From an uncultured Alphaproteobacteria bacterium (lineage in GTDB: Bacteria; Pseudomonadota; Alphaproteobacteria; Rhizobiales; Rhodomicrobiaceae), in NCBI GenBank assembly GCA_963767435.1, contig CAVYEY010000029.1, positions 3,857 through 67,856 of the forward strand: a DNA stretch of 64,000 nucleotides, written 5' to 3'. The position numbers were made by a program, and so were the translations under genes. Below the pieces are notes generated by a model, which saw nothing but the letters and a program-made list of their open reading frames with translations, had not been told where the DNA came from and did no database searches. Shown here piece after piece: positions 10,792 to 20,681 of this stretch. Positions within the stretch are counted from its first letter, which is position 1, and every line of letters begins with the position of its first letter.

Positions 10792-10960
10792 TGCGGATAT
10801 GCTTGGTATTGCCCGCCGGACGCATTGCCGCCCTTGCCTTTTACCGTAACGCCCGGAGGTATAAACTGAGCGAGCGCTGGTTTGTCGCTTATTTCGACTG
10901 TGTCAGGTTGTGTAGCGTCCTGCGAGTATTGGAGACCCAATAGCTGTCCCTTCCGCAAGT

Positions 10961-11014
10961 CAGAACGAGTATGTGCCGGCTTATGCGGACCGGCTCGCCT
11001 GGCTCACGGGCTTC
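10961..11014 (+). repeat. Duplicated fragment of the pepP 5' coding region
   Basis: 54 bp matching 11560-11613 with 2 mismatches, both at synonymous third positions. Confidence 0.9.
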
Positions 11015-11096
11015 GATCGCGTAAGCTTTGCGCGGCTTCTTGTGCTAGAATTGACGCTTATCTATATCCAGTAACCGTCAATCCGAGGGCTTCGCG

Positions 11097-11399
11097 ATGC
11101 GTAAAGGGCTTCTTTGCTATGCCGAGGGACACGGCGAAGCGTGGGAAGCATTCTGCCTCGACCTCGACCTCGCCGTGCAAGGCCGCTCGTTCGAGGAGGT
11201 TTACCGCTCGCTCAGCGCGGCGATCCGGGACTATGTCGAAGCCGCCTTGAAGGAGGATCGCGCCACGGCGGAGCGGCTCTTGAACAGGAAGGCTCCGCTG
11301 CTGGATCGCCTGCGCTTCTACCGGTACTATTTGGGCTCTATCCTCAGATCGCACAAAGACGAAGAGACCCATGGCTTTACAATTTCGTGCCCGGCCTGA
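11097..11399 (+). CDS. HicB-like antitoxin-fold protein (orphan)
   Basis: WEAFCLDLDLAVQGRSFEEV...L..AI..Y fits the HicB N-terminal fold; no hicA found next to it. Confidence 0.6.
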   Translation: MRKGLLCYAEGHGEAWEAFCLDLDLAVQGRSFEEVYRSLSAAIRDYVEAALKEDRATAERLLNRKAPLLDRLRFYRYYLGSILRSHKDEETHGFTISCPA

Positions 11400-11454
11400 G
11401 TTTCCGCGAAACAATCAAGCGGATTTAGTGTAAGAACCCGCCTGGGAATACACC

Positions 11455-13245
11455 ATGCAGAAACGCGATTCCGAAGCGGCGGGGCGGCTTAGCGCGCTCA
11501 GGGCCGTGCTCAAGTCTCAGGGGCTCGACGGCTTTATCGTGCCCAAGGCGGACGAGTTCCAGAACGAATATGTGCCGGCTTATGCGGACCGGCTTGCCTG
11601 GCTCACGGGCTTCACCGGCTCGGCGGGGAATGCGGTGGTGCTGGCGGACAAGGCAGCGCTGATCGTCGACAGCCGCTATACGCTGCAGGCGAAGGCCGAG
11701 GTGAGCCAAGCGCTTTATGCGGTCGAGCTGTTCCCGCAGACGAAGGTTTCGAGCTGGCTTGCCGCCAATGCCGCGAAAGGCGCCGTCATCGGCTACGATC
11801 CGGGTCTGTTCACGCTCGCGGGCCTCAAGCCCCTCCAGGAGCAGGCGAAGCTGAAAGGCTTCAAGCTCAGGCCCCGGCGGCGCAATCCGGTGGACTTCAT
11901 CTGGACGAACCGGCCCGTCAAGCTGCTTGAGCCGCTGTTCCTGCACGATGAGCGGTACGCGGGCGAAAGCGCGGCTTCCAAGCTCGAACGGGTGCAAAAG
12001 CATATCCAGGAGAAGGGCGCGGCGGGCCTCATGGTCTGCGCTCCCGATGCGGTCGCGTGGCTGTTCAACATTCGCGGCCGTGACGTGCTTCATACGCCGC
12101 TGCCGCTGGTCCGGGCCTATGTGCCGGCTGCGGGCAAGCCCTTCCTTTTCGTACAGCCCGGCCACATTACCCCGGAGAACCGCGAAGCCATCGGCGCGCT
12201 GGCGGAAATTGCCCCCCTGGCCGCCATCGCAAAAAGGCTGCCCGCGCTGATCGCCGCCGGCTCCAAAGTGATTGCCGATAACGTGCGGACGCCGCTTACC
12301 GTCAGGCAGGCGGCTTGCGGGGCCAAGATCGCGGACGCGAGCGATCCTTGCATGCTGTTCAAAGCCAAGAAGAACGCCACGGAGCTTGAAGGCGCGCGCA
12401 AGGCCCACCTCCGCGATGGCGCAGCACTTTGCCGGTTCCTGGCGTGGCTCGATGCGGAAGCGCCCGCCGGCGCCATCGACGAACTGACGGCCTCGGACAA
12501 GCTGGAGGCGTTCCGGCGCGAGACCGGCGAGCTTCAGGATCTGAGCTTCGACACGATTTCCGGTGCGGGCTCGAACGGCGCCATCGTGCACTATCGCGCG
12601 ACGCCTGCGACCAACAAGAAGCTCCTGCCGGGCACGCTCTACCTGATCGATTCCGGCGCGCAGTATCTGGACGGAACGACCGATGTCACGCGCACCGTTG
12701 CCATCGGCGAGCCAGAGGAGGAGATGCGCCGGCATTTTACGCTGGTGCTCAAGGGGCACATCGGCATCGCCGCGGCGCGTTTCCCCAAGGATACGCGCGG
12801 GGTGGATATTGACGGCTTCGCGCGCCGCGCGCTCTGGGAGGCCGGCCTAAACTACGGCCATGGCACCGGGCACGGGATCGGCAGCTTCCTGTCCGTGCAT
12901 GAGGGGCCGCAATCGATTTCGCCCAACGGCACAGTGGCGCTGGAGCCGGGGATGATCGTCTCGAACGAGCCCGGCTATTACCGCGAGGGCCATTACGGCA
13001 TCCGGCTGGAAAATCTCTGCGCGGTGACGGAGCCGGCCGCCATCGAAGGCGGAGAAACGCCCATGCTCGCCTTCGAAACGCTGACGCTCGCCCCGTTCGA
13101 CCGGCGGCTGGTTGTGCCGGGGCTGCTTACGGCCGGGGAGCTGGAGTGGCTCAACACCTATCACGCGCGCGTGCTGAAGGCGCTTTCGCCGCAGCTCAAG
13201 GGGAGCGCGCTCAAATGGCTCAAGGCTGCCTGCGCACCGCTCTGA
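11455..13245 (+). CDS. pepP: Xaa-Pro aminopeptidase (aminopeptidase P, M24B)
   Basis: LAWLTGFTGSAG, DSGAQYLDGTTDVTRT, HGTGHGIGSFLSVHEGP and SNEPGYY motifs. Confidence 0.95.
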   Translation: MQKRDSEAAGRLSALRAVLKSQGLDGFIVPKADEFQNEYVPAYADRLAWLTGFTGSAGNAVVLADKAALIVDSRYTLQAKAEVSQALYAVELFPQTKVSSWLAANAAKGAVIGYDPGLFTLAGLKPLQEQAKLKGFKLRPRRRNPVDFIWTNRPVKLLEPLFLHDERYAGESAASKLERVQKHIQEKGAAGLMVCAPDAVAWLFNIRGRDVLHTPLPLVRAYVPAAGKPFLFVQPGHITPENREAIGALAEIAPLAAIAKRLPALIAAGSKVIADNVRTPLTVRQAACGAKIADASDPCMLFKAKKNATELEGARKAHLRDGAALCRFLAWLDAEAPAGAIDELTASDKLEAFRRETGELQDLSFDTISGAGSNGAIVHYRATPATNKKLLPGTLYLIDSGAQYLDGTTDVTRTVAIGEPEEEMRRHFTLVLKGHIGIAAARFPKDTRGVDIDGFARRALWEAGLNYGHGTGHGIGSFLSVHEGPQSISPNGTVALEPGMIVSNEPGYYREGHYGIRLENLCAVTEPAAIEGGETPMLAFETLTLAPFDRRLVVPGLLTAGELEWLNTYHARVLKALSPQLKGSALKWLKAACAPL

Positions 13246-13289
13246 CCCGCATTTCTCGCAGGATCGCGCAATGCCCGGAAGCGCTTCAC

Positions 13290-15194
13290 TTAGAAATTGT
13301 ACCGGAAGGACAGTTGCCCGCTGACGCCCGTGCTTTTCGCGCCATCGCCAGTAACAGCATTGCCCTTGGCGTCGATCATGAAAGCGTCATGCTGGGCCGA
13401 GATACCCAAACCGGCTTTAACGAGATCGCGGCTGTCATAGGCCGAAACCTGGCTCACAGTGTAACCGTAGAGCGTTCCGGTGCTCTCCGCCTGGGGATCG
13501 CCGAGCGCACGCTCGTAGGCGAGGGTGACGGAAGGCACGATGGTCCACGCATCCAGTTGCCGCCGGTCCAAGGCCACATCGAGCCCGGCCAATAGGCTGG
13601 ATGACGTATTGCTGGCGCCGTCGACGGCCAAGGCCAGTTCGCTGCCGGTTTCCCCGAAGCTGTCCAGGGTAACGCCGGTTATGCGGAGCCCCGTTTGCGC
13701 TGTGACCGTAAAGGGGGCGGTGCGCATCGCATAGCCCACGCCGGCCAAACCGCTGTAAATGCCGCCGATGGTGTTGCCAAGCGCTGTCCCCAGGCCGCTG
13801 CCCAGCGGGCGCGTGCTTCGATAGTCGACAAAGCCGGCATCCGCGCGCGCCACCGCGTAAGGACCGGCCTCAAGCGACGGAATTCCAAAACGTCCGCCAA
13901 TCGTAACCAAGGCCATATCGATATTCGCGCTGGCGCCGGCGCTTCCAACCGTCCCCGAATTATAATCGAAGGCGGCATAGGCGGATGTCTGCCTGCCGAT
14001 GCGGACCGTGGAACCGATGATCGTTCCCGCGCTGTGCTCCGAACTGCCGGCGATACCCGCTCCGCCTTCCGAACTGAAACTGTTCGCGCCTCCCGCCAGC
14101 CAAAGACGGCCCTGACCCGCACGGAGATCCTGGCCTGCCGCGTAGGCCGGAATCGCATCGTCGATCCATAGAGGCTGGCGCATGAGATAGGAGACAACAT
14201 CCGCATGGATCTGACCGCCAGCCCGGGTCTCGACGCCGGAGAGCGTGCCCGCATCGATGGCCTGCTGCAGATAGTAATTGTAGGCGGTGTAGTGGCCCGA
14301 CAGCGGAGAGTTCTGCAACCCGTTCAGGAACGCGGCACCGGCGGCGGCATTGCCGGAAAAGCCCGCCTGCCCAGGCAGCTCCGCGTAATAGACCATCTTG
14401 GCCCGCAGCACGTAGATGTCTGCCTGGGTGAGCCCAAGCCCTTGCATCAAATAGGCATTCATCGACCCATATGTCGTGCCGATTTGGGCGATCCCGTTTA
14501 TCAGCCATTGCTCGTGAACCACCGTTTGGCCGAAATAGAGGTTGCTGGCCAGATAATCCTGCACGATGGTTGCCTGCGGCACACCGGCGATGGTCTCCAA
14601 CAGCATGGAGGTCCAGCCGGTGCGGTCCTTGCCCTCCGAGCAATGATACAAAGCAGGGCCGGACGCGTGGGCCAAGTCCAGCAAGACCGTGCCAAACGCT
14701 CCCGCCATGCCCTGATTGGTCACGAAGCTTTGGTAAGGATTACTAGGATCGGGGACCGAAGTGGGCGGATAAGTGGTGCCAAAGATATTGACGTTAACAT
14801 GGGTGGCTCCAGCCGGCCCAAGGTCGGGTCCGTTCCATTGGGACGCGGGAACGCCCGGGTAATTGTAAATCTCCGCGGGCGTCCGCAGATCGATGTCGAG
14901 GACGATATGCGCCGATGCGAGCGTCTGGGAATCCGCGGGACTGAGCTGGGACAGCGCATTGGAGCGATAAAAGACCCCGGTCCGCATCACGCCGCCGTTG
15001 GCGGTGGTATCGGCGTATCCAGTGCCGCCATATATCGCCGCGATTCCGGCAAGGTCTCTGAAATTCGGGGCGAATTTCAGGAGCGGCGTATCGATCGGCT
15101 CCTGGGCGAATGCAGGGCCTAGCGGCAAGCAGAACGCCGCCACGGCGCCGCAGAGCAAAGCGCTCCTCGCCAAATGCGTCTTGAGAGCGGACAT
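13290..15194 (-). CDS. Autotransporter with an N-terminal tyrosine/dual-specificity phosphatase (IphP/PtpB family) passenger domain
   Basis: Signal peptide, NFRDLAG, FYRSNAL, IDLRT..E, P-loop HCSEGKDRTG (CX5R), DYLASN, and a C-terminal beta-barrel ending SFRYNF. Confidence 0.85.
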   Translation of the reverse strand: MSALKTHLARSALLCGAVAAFCLPLGPAFAQEPIDTPLLKFAPNFRDLAGIAAIYGGTGYADTTANGGVMRTGVFYRSNALSQLSPADSQTLASAHIVLDIDLRTPAEIYNYPGVPASQWNGPDLGPAGATHVNVNIFGTTYPPTSVPDPSNPYQSFVTNQGMAGAFGTVLLDLAHASGPALYHCSEGKDRTGWTSMLLETIAGVPQATIVQDYLASNLYFGQTVVHEQWLINGIAQIGTTYGSMNAYLMQGLGLTQADIYVLRAKMVYYAELPGQAGFSGNAAAGAAFLNGLQNSPLSGHYTAYNYYLQQAIDAGTLSGVETRAGGQIHADVVSYLMRQPLWIDDAIPAYAAGQDLRAGQGRLWLAGGANSFSSEGGAGIAGSSEHSAGTIIGSTVRIGRQTSAYAAFDYNSGTVGSAGASANIDMALVTIGGRFGIPSLEAGPYAVARADAGFVDYRSTRPLGSGLGTALGNTIGGIYSGLAGVGYAMRTAPFTVTAQTGLRITGVTLDSFGETGSELALAVDGASNTSSSLLAGLDVALDRRQLDAWTIVPSVTLAYERALGDPQAESTGTLYGYTVSQVSAYDSRDLVKAGLGISAQHDAFMIDAKGNAVTGDGAKSTGVSGQLSFRYNF

Positions 15195-15283
15195 GTACGG
15201 AGCCTTTCGTTTCGCTCCACCGTGGTGGCGAGCGGCGGGAATATGATTTTGGATAGCTACATCGCCCCTGTCAGGAGCCACTT

Positions 15284-16351
15284 CTAGAACGAATACTCGA
15301 ATCCAGCAGTAACACCTTGAAAGAAGACGGACGATCCGCAGTTTATGCCAAGTGTACGCACATTCGACGGCAGAGGAAGTTCCGTCGCAATAGTTTCCTT
15401 GAGCTGCCCAGGCGCCAAGGCAACGCCATCGAGCCATAGCGCTTCGTAGCCAGCCTTCAGCGCTAGCCCTTTGCTAAGTTGATATTTCAACTGCACATCG
15501 GCTTCGCTGACGAAGGCGGCGCTGTCAGCCGAGGCTTTCGACGGGAACACCACCTTATGCAGGCTGACCCCCGTCGACTGCACCGCAGCGTCGTCGAAGA
15601 CACCGAGCTTTATCAGCCCGTCGAGCGAAAAGCGGCCAAGCTCCAGAATTTTTGCGTCCACACCGGTTTGAACGCCATAAAGGTTGTTCGCGACGCTTGT
15701 ATTCCAGAAGGGCGGGATAATCTTTACGGGTTTCAACGTGCCCAGAAGATTGTCATTCAATTGGAGCCAGCGGAAACCGGCCAGCATGGTCACCCGGCTG
15801 GAGAGTTCCAACCGGCCGTTGGCCTCGGCACTATAAAGATTTGTGGTGGCGCTCCATGCCAAGCCCTGGGTCGCGCGGTCGTCTTGAGCTTGGACGAAGG
15901 GAGCAGGAGCCCTCATCACCATCCAGTCTCCGGAACTGTCGGGACCGATGGTTTTGGCGGCGCTCTGGTTGGCGACACTAAAATACGACAACTCCGCGCT
16001 GTAGCCGGCATCGCCATGATAAATCAGGCCAATTTTCGGCCCGGCGGAAAACCCTTGGTCAAACTGGCTGCTATTGAAAAGTTCGGCGCCAGGGGGAGTG
16101 TTCACGTCTGGGTATTGCGGGCTGCCCGGCACCCGTTCAACGAGCGTCCGGCTGACGCCGCCTACGCGTTCCAAGGCGATAGCCTCGGCTGAGACCGTCC
16201 AGCGCGGCATGCTCTCCGGCGATTGGCCGGTTGGATTCTCTTGGTCTCCAGCGGAGGCGCTTACCGGCAGGAATAGCGTGGCGAGCAAAGTGCTGAGGAA
16301 ACAGCTTGCCGCAAACCTTGCAAAAGCCTGCGCAGGCTCAAGATAATTCAT
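15284..16351 (-). CDS. Putative outer-membrane beta-barrel protein (BBP7-like)
   Basis: Signal peptide, LAGFRWLQL, NNLYGVQTG, GYEALWLDGVALA and a C-terminal GFEYSF. Confidence 0.65.
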   Translation of the reverse strand: MNYLEPAQAFARFAASCFLSTLLATLFLPVSASAGDQENPTGQSPESMPRWTVSAEAIALERVGGVSRTLVERVPGSPQYPDVNTPPGAELFNSSQFDQGFSAGPKIGLIYHGDAGYSAELSYFSVANQSAAKTIGPDSSGDWMVMRAPAPFVQAQDDRATQGLAWSATTNLYSAEANGRLELSSRVTMLAGFRWLQLNDNLLGTLKPVKIIPPFWNTSVANNLYGVQTGVDAKILELGRFSLDGLIKLGVFDDAAVQSTGVSLHKVVFPSKASADSAAFVSEADVQLKYQLSKGLALKAGYEALWLDGVALAPGQLKETIATELPLPSNVRTLGINCGSSVFFQGVTAGFEYSF

Positions 16352-16659
16352 CGATTTGTGGCCCCGTGAGGCGAAGCCTACGCGGGACGAGCGCTTCTGC
16401 GTTTGCGAACAATGCGCAATCTAAGATAGCAGTGTTGCGATTACACCCGCAATGGAAGTTTGCCGGCCAGCACAACCGCAAGGAAATGAGTTGCCGAAGT
16501 ACAACGATGGGCCGCGCCAGCTCATATGGCGGATTTGAAGCTGGCGCACAGGACTGCAACACACAGAAGCATGAAGGGCTGGCTGGCTGCGCCCGGCCAC
16601 GTCCAAATATGTCAGAATTGCCGGCCGAACCTATCGGGCTGTGCGCACGGCCGCATTCC

Positions 16660-16928
16660 TTAAGAAAACAAGGTTAACGCGGAATCGCGGATGCTCAAAA
16701 CTAGCGAAAACTGCTCGAATTTCAGCTCAAATTGCTCGAATTCGAGCATTGAAAAATACAGTTAAATATTGTGTCTTTACCATAATTTGGACGCCAGGCG
16801 GCATTTTTTCATTATAAATCAATATGTTACAGCTTAACCCTTCGGCAAGACATATCTGCTATAATTAGTTCAAATTCGAAAAGCGCTTCTTGCTTATCAA
16901 AATGTGTACTTTAGCGTGCATGGAATTC
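16660..16928 (+). repeat. ~270-bp AT-rich dispersed repeat, copy A, with an IHF consensus site
   Basis: 16660-16786 aligns without gaps to 57463-57589 (113 of 127 identical by hand count); similarity continues to GGAATTC. WATCAANNNNTTR at 16817-16829. Confidence 0.9.
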
Positions 16929-17029
16929 TTATGACGGTCTGCTTGAATGCCTTCGAAGGGGCCGGCGAAACCGCCGCCGCGCACGGCCAAAATCCTGCGC
17001 AATCCGGCGCGCTCAATTCGCGTCGCCCC

Positions 17030-17854
17030 CTAAGAGCCGCTCCACTGCGGTTTGCGCTTCTCCAGAAATGCGCCGATGCCTTCCTCCGCGTCACGGGCGA
17101 GCATGTTCTCGACCATCACGTTTGCGGTGTACTCGTAAGCCTCGGCAAGGGGCAAATCGATCTGCCGGTAGAAGGCCTTCTTGCCAATCGCGAGCGTGAG
17201 CGGGGACTTGGAGGCGATTGTCAGCGCCAATTCCATCGCGACCGCAAAGACTTGCCCGTCCGGGGCAACGCGGTTGACGAGGCCCAGTTCCAGGGCTTTG
17301 GCGGCCGGGGCCATCTCGCCCAGCAGCAGCATTTCCATCGCGGCCTTGCGCGATATGTTGCGCGTGAGGGCGACCATCGGTGTCGAGCAAAAGAGGCCGA
17401 TGTTCACGCCAGGGGTGGCGAATTGCGAGCTTTCGCCGGCCACGGCCAGGTCGCAGGTTGCCACGAGCTGGCAGCCCGCCGCGGTCGCGATGCCGTTCAC
17501 CGCGGCGATAACGGGCTTCGGGCAGGCAACGATGGCCTGCATCATGCCGGCACACGCGCGCATGGTCTCTTCGAAGAAGGCGCGGCCCCGGTCCGCATCC
17601 GCCCGCCGCGCGGTCAGTTCGCGCAGGTCGTGGCCCGCGCAGAAGGCAGGCGGAGCGCCGCGGAGGACGATGGCGGCCACCTCCATTGCGGCCCCTTCGC
17701 GCTCCATGGCGGCGTGCAGTGCCGCGATGAGGTCCAGGGACAGACTATTGCGCGCGGCTGGCCGGTTGAGCGTGAGGATCGCGACGGCACCTTGGCGCTC
17801 GCTCAGCAGTATGCCCGGGTTGTTGCCGGTATCCTCCTGCGCAAACGCGTTCAT
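17030..17854 (-). CDS. Enoyl-CoA hydratase/isomerase family protein
   Basis: AFCAGHDL, PKPVIAAVNGIATAAGCQLVATCDLAVA and FATPGVNIGLFCSTP motifs. Confidence 0.92.
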   Translation of the reverse strand: MNAFAQEDTGNNPGILLSERQGAVAILTLNRPAARNSLSLDLIAALHAAMEREGAAMEVAAIVLRGAPPAFCAGHDLRELTARRADADRGRAFFEETMRACAGMMQAIVACPKPVIAAVNGIATAAGCQLVATCDLAVAGESSQFATPGVNIGLFCSTPMVALTRNISRKAAMEMLLLGEMAPAAKALELGLVNRVAPDGQVFAVAMELALTIASKSPLTLAIGKKAFYRQIDLPLAEAYEYTANVMVENMLARDAEEGIGAFLEKRKPQWSGS

Positions 17855-17956
17855 CCCGTCCTCCCTTCAACTTGCGAGAACTCTCCAAACCCCGCCGTCG
17901 GCGGTCCCGTCAGAGCTGGTCCGGTGCTCTCACTCTCCATTGCGGAGGAGCATAGC

Positions 17957-18535
17957 TCATTCGGCGCCGAGTTTCACCGCTGCGTCGATATCGGCCTTCA
18001 TCTTCTTCACGATCGCGACGTTTCCGGCCGGGGGCTCGCGCGAAATCCCGTCCGCGATGCTATCGGCCAGCTCCGTGGCCTTTTTCTTGTTGCCCGCGTT
18101 CACGAGCCCGTACTTTTCGGCCATCTTGAGGGCGTCGGCTTTGTTCTTCTCCAGCGTGTCCCTCGACATGCCGTGCCCCGCGCCTACGTTGATAAAGAGG
18201 TAGGACTCCACCAGTGCTTTGCCTGTCCCGGCCCAGTCTTTCAGGTCCGCAAAGCCGTGTGCCTTGGCGCTCTTTTCGGCCTGTTCCTTGAGCTTGCTGT
18301 TCTTGATCGCCTTCAGAACCGCGCCCAGCGGGTTCTTGGCGGCTTCCGTATCCATGCCGGTCTTGAGCCCTTCCACGATGGCGATGTCGCGCATCTCGCC
18401 GAAGGAAGCCAGAAAGCGCGTAACGCCGTCTTCGGTCAAAATCGTTTCCTTGGCGGTGGCGGGGCTGCCCGCCAGGACTACGGCCAAGGCAAGCGCCGCG
18501 AAAATTCCGCCTACGAGGTTTCTAAGCCGGGCCAT
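17957..18535 (-). CDS. Hypothetical exported protein
   Basis: Signal peptide (ATA-K) and host-like codon usage. Confidence 0.6.
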   Translation of the reverse strand: MARLRNLVGGIFAALALAVVLAGSPATAKETILTEDGVTRFLASFGEMRDIAIVEGLKTGMDTEAAKNPLGAVLKAIKNSKLKEQAEKSAKAHGFADLKDWAGTGKALVESYLFINVGAGHGMSRDTLEKNKADALKMAEKYGLVNAGNKKKATELADSIADGISREPPAGNVAIVKKMKADIDAAVKLGAE

Positions 18536-18554
18536 GCGTTGTGCTCCATTTGTT

Positions 18555-18624
18555 GGCGCTACCGCCCTTCGGGCTACTTGAGCGCGTGTTGCTGGCGCTT
18601 TCGCCCTCCGGGCTTCTTGAGCGC
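18555..18624. repeat. Two tandem copies of the 31-bp hairpin repeat (39-bp period)
   Basis: GGCGCTACCGCCCTTCGGGCTACTTGAGCGC and GGCGCTTTCGCCCTCCGGGCTTCTTGAGCGC. Confidence 0.85.
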
Positions 18625-18787
18625 ATGTGTCAATGCCTGGTTCCAATTACATGCCACCCTTTTTGCGTGCAATCTTGGTGAAATAACGGAGATGCGTTCG
18701 CAGGTGCCGCGATTCGACCAATTTCAGACACTCGGACTCGGGATTAGCCACGCCCGCATTAAGTGTGCCACGAGGGAGAGACCGCGG

Positions 18788-20681
18788 TTATTCCGCGGCC
18801 TCGTATCCGTCGTAATGGTCGCGCTCCACAAGCGGGTCCGAGGACTTGTGGCTCTCGAACAGGAAGCCGCCGGATTGCCGCGCCCAGAGGCTTGCGTAGA
18901 GGCCGCCCTGTTGCAGCAGTTCCTCGTGGCCGCCGTCTTCCACGATCCGGCCCTTGTCCATGATGATGAGCCGGTCCATGGCCGAGATGGTCGAGAGCCG
19001 GTGCGCGATGGCGATCACGGTTTTGTTGGCCATCAGGTTATAGAGCTGCTCCTGGATGGCCGCCTCCACCTCGGAGTTCGAGCGCCGAGGTAGCTTCGTC
19101 GAGGATCAGCACCGGCGCATCCTTGAGCAGCACCCGCGCAATCGCGATGCGCTGCCGCTGGCCGCCCGAGAGCTTCACTCCGCGCTCGCCAACCTGCGCC
19201 TCGTAGCCGCGCCGCCCCTTATGATCCTGGAGTTCCAGGATAAAATCGTGGGCATGCGCCTTCTTGGCGGCGGCGATCACATCCTCCTCGCTCGCATCCG
19301 GCTTGCCGTAGCGGATGTTGTCCAGAACCGAGCGGTGCAGCAGGGAGGTATCCTGCGTCACCAGTCCGATCTGGGCGCGCAGGCTGTCCTGGGTGACCTT
19401 GGCAATGTCCTGCCCATCGACCAGGATGCGCCCGCCTTCGAGGTCGTGGAAGCGCAGCAGGATGCTGATGAGCGTGGACTTGCCCGCACCCGACGGTCCC
19501 ACAAGCCCCAGCTTCTCACCCGGTTCGATGTTGAGCGAGAGGTTCTCGATCAGCCCGCTGTTCCGCCCATAATGGAAGTGGGCCGCATCGAAGCAGATCC
19601 CGCCCTTCGTAACGCGCAGCTCTTTCGCATCCTGCGTATCGACGACGGTCCAAGGCTTCGACAGCGCTTCCATGCCTTCCTGCACCGTTCCGGCGTTCTC
19701 GAAGATCGAGGTGACAACCCACATGGCCCAGCCAGACAGGTTGTTGATGCGGATCGCAAGCCCCGCCGTGACCGCGATGGCGCCGAGCGAGATGGCGCCC
19801 TGGCTCCAGAGCCAGAGTGCCGTGCCGGTCGTGCCGGCGATCAGCGTGCCGGTCAAAATCAGCTGCGTCACCTCGAACCTGGTGATGATCCGGAGCTGCG
19901 ACCTGTGCTTCATGAGGTGATCGGAGATCGCCTCCTTCGCGTAGGCATCCTCGCCTTCCGTATGCGCGAACAGCTTCACCGTCAGGATGTTGGTGTAGCT
20001 ATCCACGATGCGGCCGGTGAGCAGCGAGCGCGCCTCCGAGACGACCGTGGCGCGGTCAATCAACTTCGGCACGAAGTACCAGATCATGGCGATGAAGCCC
20101 GCGAGAAAGCCCACAAGCGGCACAAGCAGGCGCGAATCGAGCTGGAAGAAGATCACCGCGGCGCTCGTCCAATAGATGCCGATGTACCAGAGCGCATCCA
20201 CCGTCTCGACCACGCTTTGCCGCATGGCGCCACCAGTCTGCATAAGCTTGTTGGCGATGCGGCCCGCGAAATCGTTCTGAAAGAACGTGAGGCTTTGCCG
20301 GAGGATGTACCGGTGCTGCTGCCAGCGCACCATGTTCATGACGTTGGAGTTGGCGGTCTGGTTGATCAGCATGCCGTGCAAGCTGAACGCCACCGGCCGC
20401 GCGATCAGCGCAACGAACGCCATCCAGAACAGCATTGTGCCATGCTGCTCGAAAAACTCGGCCGGGTTCGCCGCGGACTTGGCCAGGTCCACGATCTTGC
20501 CGAGGAACGCGTAGAGCGCGACTTCGATCAGCGAGCCAACGAGGCCGAACAGCATAATGAACGCGTAGACCCACCAGATCGGACGCAGGTAATGCCGGTA
20601 GAAGGCGCCGAGCGTGTCCGGCGGCTGGACTATGGGGGCGTCTTTGTAGGGGTCGATAAGGTTTTCGAACCAGGAAAGCAT
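18788..20681 (-). pseudogene. ABC exporter (fused TMD-NBD, MsbA/MdlB-like) with a +1 frameshift
   Basis: Walker A GPSGAGKS, LSGGQRQRIAIAR and LILDEATSAL. An extra base at 19077/19078 breaks SALDSEVE, and the remainder (EAAIQEQL...IAHRLST) continues in another frame to 18788. Could be a sequencing error. Confidence 0.85.

Noticed and set aside
16775-16802. XerD-like half-site (TTATGGTAAAG on the minus strand) in repeat copies A and B, suggesting dif/pdif sites
   Set aside because: No XerC-like arm at the 6-bp spacing in either copy.
18555-18624. Two 31-bp repeats as a mini-CRISPR
   Set aside because: The spacer is only 8 bp and a third copy lies inside a distant CDS, so it is a dispersed palindrome.
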